This document shows positions 7,783-17,540 of a stretch of 40,334 nucleotides of DNA, in pieces. How positions within the stretch are numbered: the first letter of the stretch is position 1; each line of letters starts with the position of its first letter. Under the pieces are notes generated by a model. It ran no database searches. It saw only the letters and a program-made list of their open reading frames with translations, and was not told the DNA's origin. The DNA is from a virus (Duplodnaviria; Caudoviricetes). Both the position numbers and the translations under genes were made by a program. The stretch lies in IMG/VR virus record IMGVR_UViG_3300032218_003137, positions 1-40,334 of that record. One strand, 5' to 3'.

Positions 7783-8073
7783 CTAGGCGTCCACCCAACC
7801 GGCAAAGTCGGGCTGCGCCTTGAGCCAGAGATACGCAGACTCGATCGGCGTCGCGGCCGCCGGCAGGTCGCTCGTCGGGGCGTTGTAGACGCGGCCGACG
7901 ACCGGCACGGCCTGCGCCTGACGCGCCAAAGCATCGGCGTGGATCTCGACCTTGATGAACGAGACCGCGTTGGCGACGTTCTCGCTGGTCACCGAGAGGA
8001 CGCGAGCGTAGGCGGCGAGGAAGTCAAAGTAGACGTCGTTCTTCGAGGGGATGCAGTTTCCGACGAGGGCCAT
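7783..8073 (-). CDS. small tail-fibre-associated protein (possible fibre chaperone)
   Basis: AGGAG RBS and ATG 8073. The C-terminal AYLWLKAQPDFAGWVDA resembles small proteins that follow fibre genes in many phages. Confidence 0.65.
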   Translation of the reverse strand: MALVGNCIPSKNDVYFDFLAAYARVLSVTSENVANAVSFIKVEIHADALARQAQAVPVVGRVYNAPTSDLPAAATPIESAYLWLKAQPDFAGWVDA

Positions 8074-8086
8074 GAGGTATCTCCTG

Positions 8087-10705
8087 TTACGCGGCGAACT
8101 TGAGGATGGCTCGCGACCCGGAGCCGTTCGTTCCGAGGCGCAGCGTGGTGAACTGAGACTGCACGGTGCTTTCGAGCGTCGCGGTCGCGTTGACCTGCAC
8201 GGTGCCGGTGCTGGTCGCGGTGGCGTTCGTGACCTTGGCTGTGCCGCCCTCGACCGTAAAGCCGCCCGTGTGCGAGTTGGCGACTGAGAAGACGACCGTG
8301 CCGGTTCCGCCGTTGTTGACGGTGACGTCGCTGACGTTCGCAGTGAGCTGACGCTGCTGATTGAGCGTCGCGCTCGAAAGGGCTGTGAACTGAAGCGGCG
8401 TACCCGAGACCGTCGGTGCGATGGTCGTGTAGAGGCTCGTCCCGAGCGTAAAGGTTCCGGCGTCGACTTGGATGCGCGTCGGCGAGGCGAGCGACTGCAC
8501 GGGCGGAGTGATGGCTCCGCTCCAGACGTTCGTCCCGCTGACCGAGCGCAGCGCGCCGTCGGTGTTCGGACCAGGGCCAGTGATGGTCGCATTCTTCGTG
8601 CTCGGAATCGTCGCGGTGCCGTCTACCTCAACGGCAGCACCGCTCGACACCGTCCATCCGGTCGTCGTTCCGACAGCGCCAAGACCGGCGGCGTTCGCCA
8701 CGCGGAAGTACCCGGCGGTGACAGCGCCCGTCGTCGCAAGCGATGCGTTCGTTCCAACAAGCGATAGACGACTCCTGCTCCCGCCGACTGGCGAGCCGCC
8801 GACGGAGAGCGTCGTGCCTGCCGTCGTGGTGGTCCAGTTGCCGGGGAATGTGAGCTTGGCGGTCTTGCCGTTGAGGAAGCTGATCGTACGCGCCGCGCTC
8901 AGCGTCGTGTTGCCCGCGCTTAGAGTCAGGTCGCCCGATCCGCCCCAAGTAAAATTGGCGTTCAGCGCGTTCGCGCCCGTCTGTGCGAGCGTCGCACCAG
9001 TCGTCGAATCAAGCGTTCCGGTAGAGGCTGCCGTAAACGTAGAACTCGTCGAGCCGGCCGAGTTGTTGCTGTTGAGCGTCAGGCTGCCAGCGGTCCAGTT
9101 GACAGCCGTGACTCCCGTGGCGTTGTTGCCCGAAAGAACAAGCGTGCCGGCACCTGACTTTGTAAGCGTTCCTGTCGTTCCGTTGAAGTCAAAGCCCAGA
9201 GAGAGCGTGCTTGCCGCGACGTTCCACGATCCTGGGGCGGCAGACCACGACGAGCCGCTAGGCCCAAGGGTTAAACTGTTGGAGCCGGTAAACGTGACGG
9301 CTGTGCCGCCCGTGCGCGTGTAGGATGTATGGCTGACAACAAGATTGGATACGGAGCTATCCAGCGTTGTCGTCGCAGTACCGTAGGTGACTGCCCCACC
9401 GGGCGACACACCGTAAGTCAACAACACCGCGTCGATGTTTCCCGTCCAGCCGGAAACGTCGAGCGTAGAATCCAACCACAAGATTGAGTACGTGGTTCCC
9501 GCTGCATACCCTTGCAAGTTCCAACTGCCAGAGAATGCTCCCGAAAACTTGGCCGTACCAAAGGGACTAGAGGTCGTGCAGGCTACCTTGACATAGTTTC
9601 CGGCAGTTCCCTCAATGGTTCCCGTAAAATTTGCAATGGCTGATGCGTTTCCCGCAACCTCAATCGCCCAATTCTTGCCAGCCGCAAGACCGCCGCTGGT
9701 GGCCTCGCCGTCGAACTTGTAGTTTCGCGCCACCGTTACGGTTGTGGATGCGGGAAAATTGACCGATGCGGTTGACTCGACGAATACCTTGTTGGCAGCG
9801 TTTCCGAGGCCCGCCTCAGACGCGCCGGGAACGTACGAACCGAGAGCACCCGCACCCGTGGTCACGTTGACGCTGCGGATGCGAACGTACTTGCCACTTC
9901 CGACCGTAAAGTCAGTGGTCGCGTTGTTGAACGACGCCGTCGATGCCGCAGACGTAAAGTTGAAGATGACGTCGCCAGTTGACGATCCCGTCACCTTGGC
10001 AGCAAAGCTCGCGGCAAGACCGAACGACAGCGCGACATTGTCACCCGAGAGGGTGATGGTCTTGCCCGCAGCAAACGCTACTGTGGAGTGCATGGCAGCG
10101 AGCTGCGAGGCCGAACCCGTTCCCGCCACCGCGAACGCGGTCTGGTTGGGAATGGCCGTGAACGCGATGGCCGCGCCGCTGTTCACGGTTACGGTGTTCG
10201 ATGCGCTTCCGAAAGACCCGATGTTGTTTGCGTTCGTGAGACCTGCGCTCGCGACGAATCCACCGCCAGAGCCGCCCCAAGTGTTTGCCGCCGATAGCGC
10301 CAAGGTTCCGATGCCGGTCTTCGTGAGCACCCGCGTAGTCGAAACGCTTGAGATGACGCTGGTTGACGTGAGAGTTCGACCGGACCCGATATTCCACGAC
10401 TGATCGGCGCCAAGACTGATCTGAACAGGAGAATTAAATGTGAGATTCTGCGTTGCGCTTGAGAGGTCGATGCCAGACGCGCCAATCGTTAAGGCTGCGT
10501 TCGTAGTGCTGATTTGTACAGAGCCACCGGGATTTGTGACAGAGAAACCAAGGAACGAAAGTGCCGCGCCCAAGTTGACGTTGGTCACTGTCGTGACCGT
10601 GCTGTCGTACTGGGCAACGTCTGTTGCTGTGGGAAGAACGCCGCCAACCCAAGACCCAGGAGCGTTGAGAGCCGTGGAGTTGTTGGCCTTCAGAATTGTT
10701 GCCAT
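8087..10705 (-). CDS. beta-helix protein with autotransporter-associated beta-strand (PATR) repeats; putative adhesin or receptor-binding protein
   Basis: LTKTGIGTLALSAANTWGG, LTKSGAGTLVLSGNN and GTGTVVFSVANSHTGGFTVEGGT repeats. Rich in T/S/G/A/N. No signal peptide or C-terminal beta-barrel is evident. Confidence 0.8.
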   Translation of the reverse strand: MATILKANNSTALNAPGSWVGGVLPTATDVAQYDSTVTTVTNVNLGAALSFLGFSVTNPGGSVQISTTNAALTIGASGIDLSSATQNLTFNSPVQISLGADQSWNIGSGRTLTSTSVISSVSTTRVLTKTGIGTLALSAANTWGGSGGGFVASAGLTNANNIGSFGSASNTVTVNSGAAIAFTAIPNQTAFAVAGTGSASQLAAMHSTVAFAAGKTITLSGDNVALSFGLAASFAAKVTGSSTGDVIFNFTSAASTASFNNATTDFTVGSGKYVRIRSVNVTTGAGALGSYVPGASEAGLGNAANKVFVESTASVNFPASTTVTVARNYKFDGEATSGGLAAGKNWAIEVAGNASAIANFTGTIEGTAGNYVKVACTTSSPFGTAKFSGAFSGSWNLQGYAAGTTYSILWLDSTLDVSGWTGNIDAVLLTYGVSPGGAVTYGTATTTLDSSVSNLVVSHTSYTRTGGTAVTFTGSNSLTLGPSGSSWSAAPGSWNVAASTLSLGFDFNGTTGTLTKSGAGTLVLSGNNATGVTAVNWTAGSLTLNSNNSAGSTSSTFTAASTGTLDSTTGATLAQTGANALNANFTWGGSGDLTLSAGNTTLSAARTISFLNGKTAKLTFPGNWTTTTAGTTLSVGGSPVGGSRSRLSLVGTNASLATTGAVTAGYFRVANAAGLGAVGTTTGWTVSSGAAVEVDGTATIPSTKNATITGPGPNTDGALRSVSGTNVWSGAITPPVQSLASPTRIQVDAGTFTLGTSLYTTIAPTVSGTPLQFTALSSATLNQQRQLTANVSDVTVNNGGTGTVVFSVANSHTGGFTVEGGTAKVTNATATSTGTVQVNATATLESTVQSQFTTLRLGTNGSGSRAILKFAA

Positions 10706-10718
10706 CGAGGACTCCTTG

Positions 10719-11030
10719 CTACGCCAGCGTCACGGTGATGCGGGTGTTCGTGGTGTCGTCCGTCAGCGCAGTCGCGGTGCGACCCGTGCCGGTCGTGACG
10801 ACGTTGACGAGCGCGTCAAGACACGCCTGTCCGCTCGCGTACCCCGAGCCGCTGCCGGCGTAGTCGAAAGTCGTGTAGTCGATGAGGCTGTAGACGCCCG
10901 CCGCCCAGGTGACGGTCGTGTCGAGCGTGAACGTCGCGAGACCGGGGAACACAAGCGTTCCCACGGTCTTCTGCTGCGTCGTGTCGACGTTGACCGCGCC
11001 CTTCCATCGATGCACACAAACGACGCCCAT
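10719..11030 (-). CDS. small beta protein resembling the cap domain of PATR passengers
   Basis: GGAGG RBS; 103 aa; GTLVFPGLATFTL...GVYSLIDY...TATALTDDTTNTRITVTLA. Confidence 0.7.
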   Translation of the reverse strand: MGVVCVHRWKGAVNVDTTQQKTVGTLVFPGLATFTLDTTVTWAAGVYSLIDYTTFDYAGSGSGYASGQACLDALVNVVTTGTGRTATALTDDTTNTRITVTLA

Positions 11031-11042
11031 GCGGCCTCCGGC

Positions 11043-14000
11043 TTAGAGCGTCCCGTAGAATGTCCAGTACGGGTTCGAGATGGTGCTCGGCCCGCTGGTG
11101 ATCTTCGCGAAGAGAAGGTCGCCTTGCGCGACCGTGTTGTTCGTCACGCTGCCGATGACGCCGGTCGCGCTCGCCGTATAAGTGATGGTGAAGACCTGCG
11201 TCCCAGTGGTGTTCTTGTAGACCGTGATGACGCAAGTGCCCGACGGACCCGTCACTGCGCCCGCGAGATGGTTTGCCGCAGTCGCTGAGAGCGTGAAGGC
11301 GCGCGTCGCCTTGAAGTGCCAGATCTCGTCGCCGTTCGCGAGCGTGCCAGCCGCCTCACCCGAGACGTCGTACGGAGCTCCGCTTGAGTTGGCGACAGCC
11401 GTTGTCACGAAGGCAGTCGTCGCAATCTGCGTCGTGTTCGTTCCCGCCGAGGCCGTAACCGACGCAGGCGTGCCAGTGAACGTCGGCGAGGCGAGAGGAG
11501 CGTAGGTGCCAGAGAGGCCCGAGATATCGGATGCCGGGATAGTCGACGAGGCCGTCAGCGCGGGCGTTCCTGAGCCCTTGACGTAGCCGGTTAGGGTCGT
11601 CGCGCCCGTGCCACCATTCGCTACCCCGAGCGTGCCCGTGAGAGCAATCGCAGGGGTCGAGGAACCGTCGGTCGTCGTGAGCGAGAGACCGGAGAGCGTC
11701 GTCGAACTCGAGACGCTCGTCACGGTCCCGCTCGTCGCGGGAGCAGACCACTGCGGCACGCCAGCAACAACCGTCAGTACGTTCCCTGACGAGCCAATAC
11801 CGCGCTTCGCGAGCGTGGTTGTTGCCGATGCGTACAGAATGTCACCGACCGCATACGAGGTCAGATTTGTACCACCGTTTGCCACCGCCAACTTGTTGGT
11901 GGAGACCCAGCCCAAAGCCCCACCGTTCCAGACAGCGATGTCACCGCTTGCACTTCCGACAAGCTGGCCGATGCTCGTTCCCAGTCCGACCAGAATAGCG
12001 CCGTTGGTTGGCAGGGTCGATGCACCCGTGCCGCCGTTGGCGACCGGCAGAACGCCCGACACATCGGCCGTCAGACTGACCGAGTTGCCGCCCGAGAGGA
12101 CGCCGGCCGCGCTGTTCTTGACGACGCCGGCGACGCTGAAGTTCGAGAGCGTGAGGCCCGCGAACGTCGGCGAGGCCGAGGTCGCGACCGACTGCCCGAT
12201 AGAGACCGTCACCGCGCCCGTGCTTGCCGAGACGCTGACGCCCGTTCCGGCCGCGAGCGAGGTGACCGCGTTCGAGGACAGGTCGGACACCTGTGACGAC
12301 GTGATGCTGATCGTGTTCTCGGTCAGCGCGCTGACGCGACCCTGCGCGTCAGTCGAGAGCGTCACCGTCTTTGATGCGCTGCCGTACCCGGTTCGAGCTG
12401 TACCCACATTGGGGAGTGAGAGCGACACGCTGCCGACGCTGGCCGAAACGGTGATCTGCCCCGATGTGCCGGTGAGTGACGTCACGGCATTCGACGAGAG
12501 CGCCGCGCTCGTCCAGGCGGAGCCGCTCCACTTGACGTAGTCGTCCGCAAGAGTGCCCGCGAGAGCGGTCGGCGACGACGCACCGTTGCCGAGATACAGG
12601 TTGCCGAGCGTGAGCGTGCTCAGGCCCGTTCCGCCGTTCGCAACCGCAACAGTGCCAGACAGGTCGCCCGCCGAGATGGTCGAACTTGAGACGAGCTTCT
12701 TCGACCCGTCCGTCTTGACGTACTGGCTCGCCGTCAGGCCGCTGTCCGTGATGTCGCCGAAGGTGACGCTGCTCCCCGTGCCAACCGCCTGACCAATAGC
12801 GATGCTGATGGCCCCCGAGGAGCTCGAGACCGTGACGCCGGTCCCGCTGCCGATAGTCGCCGCCGAGGGGCTGTTCGAGGTCGTTCCGACGAGCACCTGT
12901 CCCGCCGCGAGCGACACCGAGTCAATCGCGCTCGTGCCGTTGCCGAGAAGCACCTGGTGAATCGGCAGAGTCGCCGCACCCGTGCCGCCGTTGGCAACGG
13001 GCAGCGTGCCCGTGACGTCCGAGGACGCGAGGTCGGCAGGCGAGGCGGGCGACTGGAAGACGCCGTTGATGACGTGAACGAGGCCCGTACCAGCAACCGA
13101 AGGCAACGTCGTATGGACGTGCGAAGGCGCGTCGGCCTGAAAGTACAGCATGACCGTGCGTGTGGGGTTGACCGCCTTCTGCGCCCAAATTTCAATGTAG
13201 ATGCGGTCAGTTGAAAGGATGGTGGCCTGCGCCATCGTCACGCTGAGAATGTACTGCGCTCGCGTGGCGAGGTCGTACAGGTACACAAGGTCCGAACGCC
13301 CCAGTTCAAGATAGCTGCTATCCGAGTTGCGATAACGATACACACGGCATTGGATGCTCGTCTGGCTTGCGCTCTGGCTGCTCGGCGCACTTGCCCAGAT
13401 GTTAAAGTCCCAAAGACCGGCGGGGATATCCGTTACGGAGGGATCGGTTGCCGCCGACACAAAGCCGCAAATAAGGCTCGGCGTTCCGTTGACGAGGTCT
13501 GCCGACGTCAGCGGCGTTGCGTTTGCAACGTGCGAACGACCGAGCAGCGACGTAGCGACCGGAGTCTGCGGCAAGCCAGTCGTCGGGCTGATCCCCGTCG
13601 TCGTGCCGTAGTCAAAGTAGTAAGTGATGCCGCCGCCGCCCGAGCCTCCGGTCGGGATGACGCCGGGCGTCCAGTTCGTTCCGTCGTACTGAAGCACCTG
13701 TCCCGAGGCGGGAGCGGTTGCGGCCACGGGTACCGTCTGAAGACCTTTGACGGTCAGCGCGCCAGTCGAGGCGAGCGTGGCGTCTTGCGAGACGGTCTGA
13801 AGCGCGAGAGCGCCGCCGCCCGTCGCGCCGACAAGCAACTCACCGGCAGTCACGCCCGAGGCGTCGATGCCCGTGCCGCCGCGAACGAGAGAGACCTGTC
13901 CGCTCGTCAACTGGGACGCGGCAATCGCGATGTCCTGATCCGACAGGCTCGTCGTGCGCCCGTAGGTGTCGACCGTGACCGTCGCACTCTTGGACGCGCT

Positions 14001-14714
14001 GCCCTTCGTCGCCGCCGTCACGACGCCCGAGGCGAGCGCGATGGTGTTGTTGTCGCCAAGCGTTCCGCCACCCGTGACTGAGATGCCGGTTCCCGCGCTG
14101 ATGGTCGTCGCCTTCAAGGCCTTGGCGGCGAGGGCCGTGTCAAGGCCATCGACCTGCGAAGTAGCGATGGCAATGCTCGTCGAGGTGGCCGACGTGACCC
14201 GGCCATAGGCGTCCGTGTGGATTACCGGCACGCTCGACGCGGAGCCGTAGTCGCCCGAGGTGCCAGCCGTCGCGAGGCCGAGCGTCAGGTTGCCAGAGAG
14301 AGCGCCGCCGCCCGTGAGCTGACCGCTCGTCGTATTGACCTGCGTGGTCGTCGGCACCTTGCCCGAGAGAGCCGTAACGAGGCCATCAACCTGTGACTGC
14401 GTGATGGCGATGTCCTGCTGAGTCGCTGACGACACACGGCCTTGAGCGTCCGTCGAGAGCGTCACCGTCTTCGACGCACTGCCATACCCAGTGACCGGCG
14501 TGCCGACGTTCGGCATTGAGATAGTGCCGGAGACGGTGATGGTCCCGCCGTCAAGACCTGTACCCGCCGTGATGCTGGTGACCGTGCCGGAGCCGCCGCC
14601 ACCGCCGCCAGCCTGCGCGAGCCACTCGCTTCCGTTCCAGGTCAGAACGTCGCCAGCGTTTGAGCCGGAAAGGCCGACGAGGTTGCCAGCGTCGAGCAGA
14701 ATCACGGGCTTCAT
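11043..14714 (-). CDS. long tail fibre protein
   Basis: ATG 14714, 1223 aa. Five VANGGT repeats plus one LVRGGTG variant, repeated YGSAS...DAQGRV/DAYGRV units, and the APLASPTFTGTP...NTTQIATTAFV fibre motif. Confidence 0.85.
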   Translation of the reverse strand: MKPVILLDAGNLVGLSGSNAGDVLTWNGSEWLAQAGGGGGGSGTVTSITAGTGLDGGTITVSGTISMPNVGTPVTGYGSASKTVTLSTDAQGRVSSATQQDIAITQSQVDGLVTALSGKVPTTTQVNTTSGQLTGGGALSGNLTLGLATAGTSGDYGSASSVPVIHTDAYGRVTSATSTSIAIATSQVDGLDTALAAKALKATTISAGTGISVTGGGTLGDNNTIALASGVVTAATKGSASKSATVTVDTYGRTTSLSDQDIAIAASQLTSGQVSLVRGGTGIDASGVTAGELLVGATGGGALALQTVSQDATLASTGALTVKGLQTVPVAATAPASGQVLQYDGTNWTPGVIPTGGSGGGGITYYFDYGTTTGISPTTGLPQTPVATSLLGRSHVANATPLTSADLVNGTPSLICGFVSAATDPSVTDIPAGLWDFNIWASAPSSQSASQTSIQCRVYRYRNSDSSYLELGRSDLVYLYDLATRAQYILSVTMAQATILSTDRIYIEIWAQKAVNPTRTVMLYFQADAPSHVHTTLPSVAGTGLVHVINGVFQSPASPADLASSDVTGTLPVANGGTGAATLPIHQVLLGNGTSAIDSVSLAAGQVLVGTTSNSPSAATIGSGTGVTVSSSSGAISIAIGQAVGTGSSVTFGDITDSGLTASQYVKTDGSKKLVSSSTISAGDLSGTVAVANGGTGLSTLTLGNLYLGNGASSPTALAGTLADDYVKWSGSAWTSAALSSNAVTSLTGTSGQITVSASVGSVSLSLPNVGTARTGYGSASKTVTLSTDAQGRVSALTENTISITSSQVSDLSSNAVTSLAAGTGVSVSASTGAVTVSIGQSVATSASPTFAGLTLSNFSVAGVVKNSAAGVLSGGNSVSLTADVSGVLPVANGGTGASTLPTNGAILVGLGTSIGQLVGSASGDIAVWNGGALGWVSTNKLAVANGGTNLTSYAVGDILYASATTTLAKRGIGSSGNVLTVVAGVPQWSAPATSGTVTSVSSSTTLSGLSLTTTDGSSTPAIALTGTLGVANGGTGATTLTGYVKGSGTPALTASSTIPASDISGLSGTYAPLASPTFTGTPASVTASAGTNTTQIATTAFVTTAVANSSGAPYDVSGEAAGTLANGDEIWHFKATRAFTLSATAANHLAGAVTGPSGTCVITVYKNTTGTQVFTITYTASATGVIGSVTNNTVAQGDLLFAKITSGPSTISNPYWTFYGTL

Positions 14715-14764
14715 GCGGTATCCCTTCACAGGACAAAGTCGTCTCACCCGTTCCTAGCAACGCG

Positions 14765-14803
14765 AAAGGGCCGCCCGATGCCCCGAAGGACAGCGGACGG
14801 CCC
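14765..14803 (-). terminator. hairpin with UUCG loop; weak terminator or processing site
   Basis: Minus strand reads GGGCCGTCCGCTGTCC-TTCG-GGGCATCGGGCGGCCC-TTT. Confidence 0.5.
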
Positions 14804-14820
14804 ATGCCTTGCGTCGTCGA

Positions 14821-16926
14821 CTAGATGTCGGCGATGTACTGCGGCAGGTAGATGATCGGGTAGTTCGAGCCGCTCGCGGCGCCCACGACCTTGCCCACCT
14901 TGATGATACGACCCGAGGTCGGGACGACGCTGGTCGCCTCACCAGCGGTGGCCGAGACGTAGAGCACGTCGCCGATAGCCGCCGACCCGCTGACCACGAC
15001 GGAGACCTTCGCACCAACGACCGAGGCCACCTTCTTGTCAGCCGCCGAGCCGCCGCCGTTCGCCTCAAGCGAGACGCAGTCGAGCTCCTGCTGCATCGCC
15101 GAGCTGATCTTCTGGGCAATGCCAGAGGAGTCGATGTAGCAGAGTTCGAACTGTCCCACGCCAGCCGCCAACGACTGCACGAAGCCGACGCTGTCGCCCA
15201 ACATGATCTGCGACTTGGCCTCAATGATGCCTGCCGCGTCGAGGATCACGTCGCCGCTGCTCGCCGTCTTGAGCGAGAGGCTCGCCCCGTCCACCTCGAA
15301 CTTGGACGCCTTGTTCGCGTTGAGTTCGATTGACGCGCTGCCCGAGGTGGGCTTGCTGATGACGAGGTCGCTGCCGTTCGCGAGCAGGATGGTCGAGCCG
15401 CCGTCGTACGCGAGCTGGAGGCTCTGCTCGACGTGCGTCAGGCTGCTGTAGCCGGTCGCGAAGTCGGCCTCGGTAGCCGCCGCCGCGTAGGCGTAGCACC
15501 ACTCACCGACCGGAATGGCACCCATCGCGCTGTAGAGCGCGCCATTCGACACCGCAAGGACCGCGAGGTCGATCTTGACGATGCTCGCCGACTCGCCGGT
15601 CGAGGTCGTGACCTGGTTGCGGCAGAACGGCAGATAGGACGGAACCGAGTGCAGGCCGATGCTCTTGAGCGTCAGCAGGGTGCCGGTAGAGGCGTAGACG
15701 ACGTAGAGACCGTCGTTCGTGCCGGCCGCCGTTCCGCTCACCTGGATGATGTCGCCAAGCGAGAGGGCCGACCCGCCGCTGATGACGGCAGTGGCGTCAG
15801 ACACCGCCGCAACGGCCGCCGTGAACGCCGTGGCGCTGACGATCGAGAAGCCCGTCGCCTTCTTGATGTTGACGTTGAGGCCGCCGGCTAGAGCCGCCGT
15901 GCCGACGTTGCCGGCCGCGAGATTGAGGAAGGCGTTGCTGACGGTCGAGTTGACCGACCCGCCCGAGGTGATGGTTCCGGTGACCGTCAGCGACCCGCCG
16001 ATGGTCACGTCGTTCTGGAACGCCACCGGGTTGCCGTTGAGGAGCGCGACATTGCTCGACAGGGCGCTGTCGGCGACCTTGCCGGGCGTGCTGATGGTGT
16101 CGAGCTTGTCGTCGCTGATCCCGCCAGCGAGCATCGCGTTCGTGACGACGCCCGTGCCGATGGACAAGGCGATGCCCGAGACCGGACCCGACCCGTCGAT
16201 ATCGAAGTTGCCCGAGACGTCGCCGCCCGAAAACGCAACATTGATCGACGAGGCCCACTGCGAGGACGTCGAGGCGTTGCCGTTGAGCGCGGCGCTGATG
16301 GTGCCGGCCGAGAAGTTGCCGCTCGCGTCGCGCGAGACAATGGCGCTCGCCGTGTTGAGGTCGGTGGCGGTCGTCGCGCTGTTGTCGACCTTCCCCGCAG
16401 CCGAGATGGTCTGCAGGTAGGTGTCGGCGATGGCGTCGGCCTGCCAGGTGCCGAAGCTCAGCGTCCCGACGCCCGTGATGCCCGTGTACGACCCGCTGAT
16501 TCGAGCCGAGTCCACAATGCCCGAGGCGAGGTGCGCCGCGTCAAGGCCCGTGACGAGCGAGCCGTCGATGGCCGGGAGCGCGCCAACGAGGTTGTCGGCC
16601 GTCAGGCTGGTCAGCGCCGAGGCGTCGAGCGCAGGGAGGGCGCCAACGAGCGAGGCGCTCGAGAGCACCGTCAGGGCGGAGCCGTCGATGGCGGGCAGAG
16701 CGCCCGACAGCGCCGACGAGGACAGCACAGTCAGCGCAGAACCGTCGATGGCAGGCAGCGCCCCGACGAGGTTGCCTGACGTGAGGCTCGTCAGAGCGGA
16801 CCCGTCGCCGATGAAGGCGTCAGCAGTGAAGCTGCCACCGATGGAGAGGTTGTCGGCAGAGCTGATCTTGACCAGCTTGCCATTGACGAAGACCATGAGC
16901 TGATTCGTGTACGTCGTTCCGGCCAT
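14821..16926 (-). CDS. fibre-like structural protein with GALPAIDGSALT repeats and a C-terminal cement-like domain
   Basis: 701 aa; 20-aa tandem repeats; NTASAIVSRDASGNFSAGTISAALNGNA fibre motif; C-terminal GDVLYVSATAG...VGKVV. Confidence 0.8.
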   Translation of the reverse strand: MAGTTYTNQLMVFVNGKLVKISSADNLSIGGSFTADAFIGDGSALTSLTSGNLVGALPAIDGSALTVLSSSALSGALPAIDGSALTVLSSASLVGALPALDASALTSLTADNLVGALPAIDGSLVTGLDAAHLASGIVDSARISGSYTGITGVGTLSFGTWQADAIADTYLQTISAAGKVDNSATTATDLNTASAIVSRDASGNFSAGTISAALNGNASTSSQWASSINVAFSGGDVSGNFDIDGSGPVSGIALSIGTGVVTNAMLAGGISDDKLDTISTPGKVADSALSSNVALLNGNPVAFQNDVTIGGSLTVTGTITSGGSVNSTVSNAFLNLAAGNVGTAALAGGLNVNIKKATGFSIVSATAFTAAVAAVSDATAVISGGSALSLGDIIQVSGTAAGTNDGLYVVYASTGTLLTLKSIGLHSVPSYLPFCRNQVTTSTGESASIVKIDLAVLAVSNGALYSAMGAIPVGEWCYAYAAAATEADFATGYSSLTHVEQSLQLAYDGGSTILLANGSDLVISKPTSGSASIELNANKASKFEVDGASLSLKTASSGDVILDAAGIIEAKSQIMLGDSVGFVQSLAAGVGQFELCYIDSSGIAQKISSAMQQELDCVSLEANGGGSAADKKVASVVGAKVSVVVSGSAAIGDVLYVSATAGEATSVVPTSGRIIKVGKVVGAASGSNYPIIYLPQYIADI
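16560..16812 (-). repeat. 60-nt (20-aa) coding tandem repeat, about 4 copies
   Basis: Periodic gccgtcgatg-like starts at 16561, 16621, 16681, 16741 and 16801. Confidence 0.85.
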
Positions 16927-16973
16927 GAGGATTCCCTTTCACGCTGCCGGAAACCGCCGGCACGGGCTTGTGG

Positions 16974-17525
16974 TTAGGAGTTCTTGACCGCGTCGCTCAG
17001 AGACAGCGAGAGGCTCGTCGCGCTGATGGCACGTCCGATGTACTGCGTGACGTATCCAGACGAGGATGGCGGAGTGGCGGTGAGCCCGCCCCCGACCGCA
17101 ACGTAGAGGTCAGCATCGACCGCGAGGCCGCTGTAGTAGACGCCCGCGCCCGCGAAGCGGACGAGGTTGGTTCCCGTGCCGTCGTAGACGCCGATGGCCG
17201 GCATCTTGGTCTGGTCGCCAGCATCCGCCCTGACGAGCACGCCGCCCTGCACCGCGACCGGCGAGCCTGCAGGGATTCCCGCATACGGTCCGCCAATGGC
17301 CGGCACCGTACCAGGCACGCCGCCACCTGCGACGATTGCCGGAGCCCACTGCGACCCGTTCCAGACAAGCGCCTCGCCAGCACTTGGAGCTGTCGACGCG
17401 ACCGGACGCTGCTGCAACTTGGCGACTGTCGGTGACGGATAACTCCCTGAGAGGTCGCCGCCGGCAGGGCCGGTCGGAGAACCGCCGCCGCCACTGCCGC
17501 CGCCGAGTGGGATGAAAACAGCCAT
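16974..17525 (-). CDS. short fibre or adaptor protein with a cement-like domain
   Basis: AGGDLSGSYPSP...LVWNGSQWAP motif; C-terminal half is paralogous to the 17934 gene. Confidence 0.75.
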   Translation of the reverse strand: MAVFIPLGGGSGGGGSPTGPAGGDLSGSYPSPTVAKLQQRPVASTAPSAGEALVWNGSQWAPAIVAGGGVPGTVPAIGGPYAGIPAGSPVAVQGGVLVRADAGDQTKMPAIGVYDGTGTNLVRFAGAGVYYSGLAVDADLYVAVGGGLTATPPSSSGYVTQYIGRAISATSLSLSLSDAVKNS

Positions 17526-17540
17526 GGATGCCTCGTTGCG

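Noticed and set aside
12331-14510. Near-duplicate segments in the long fibre (YGSASKTVTLSTDAQGRVS at about 12340-12400 and 14440-14500) as a possible DGR template/variable repeat pair
   Set aside because: Both copies are in-frame coding, the differences are mostly synonymous rather than adenine-specific, and no reverse transcriptase is present in the window.
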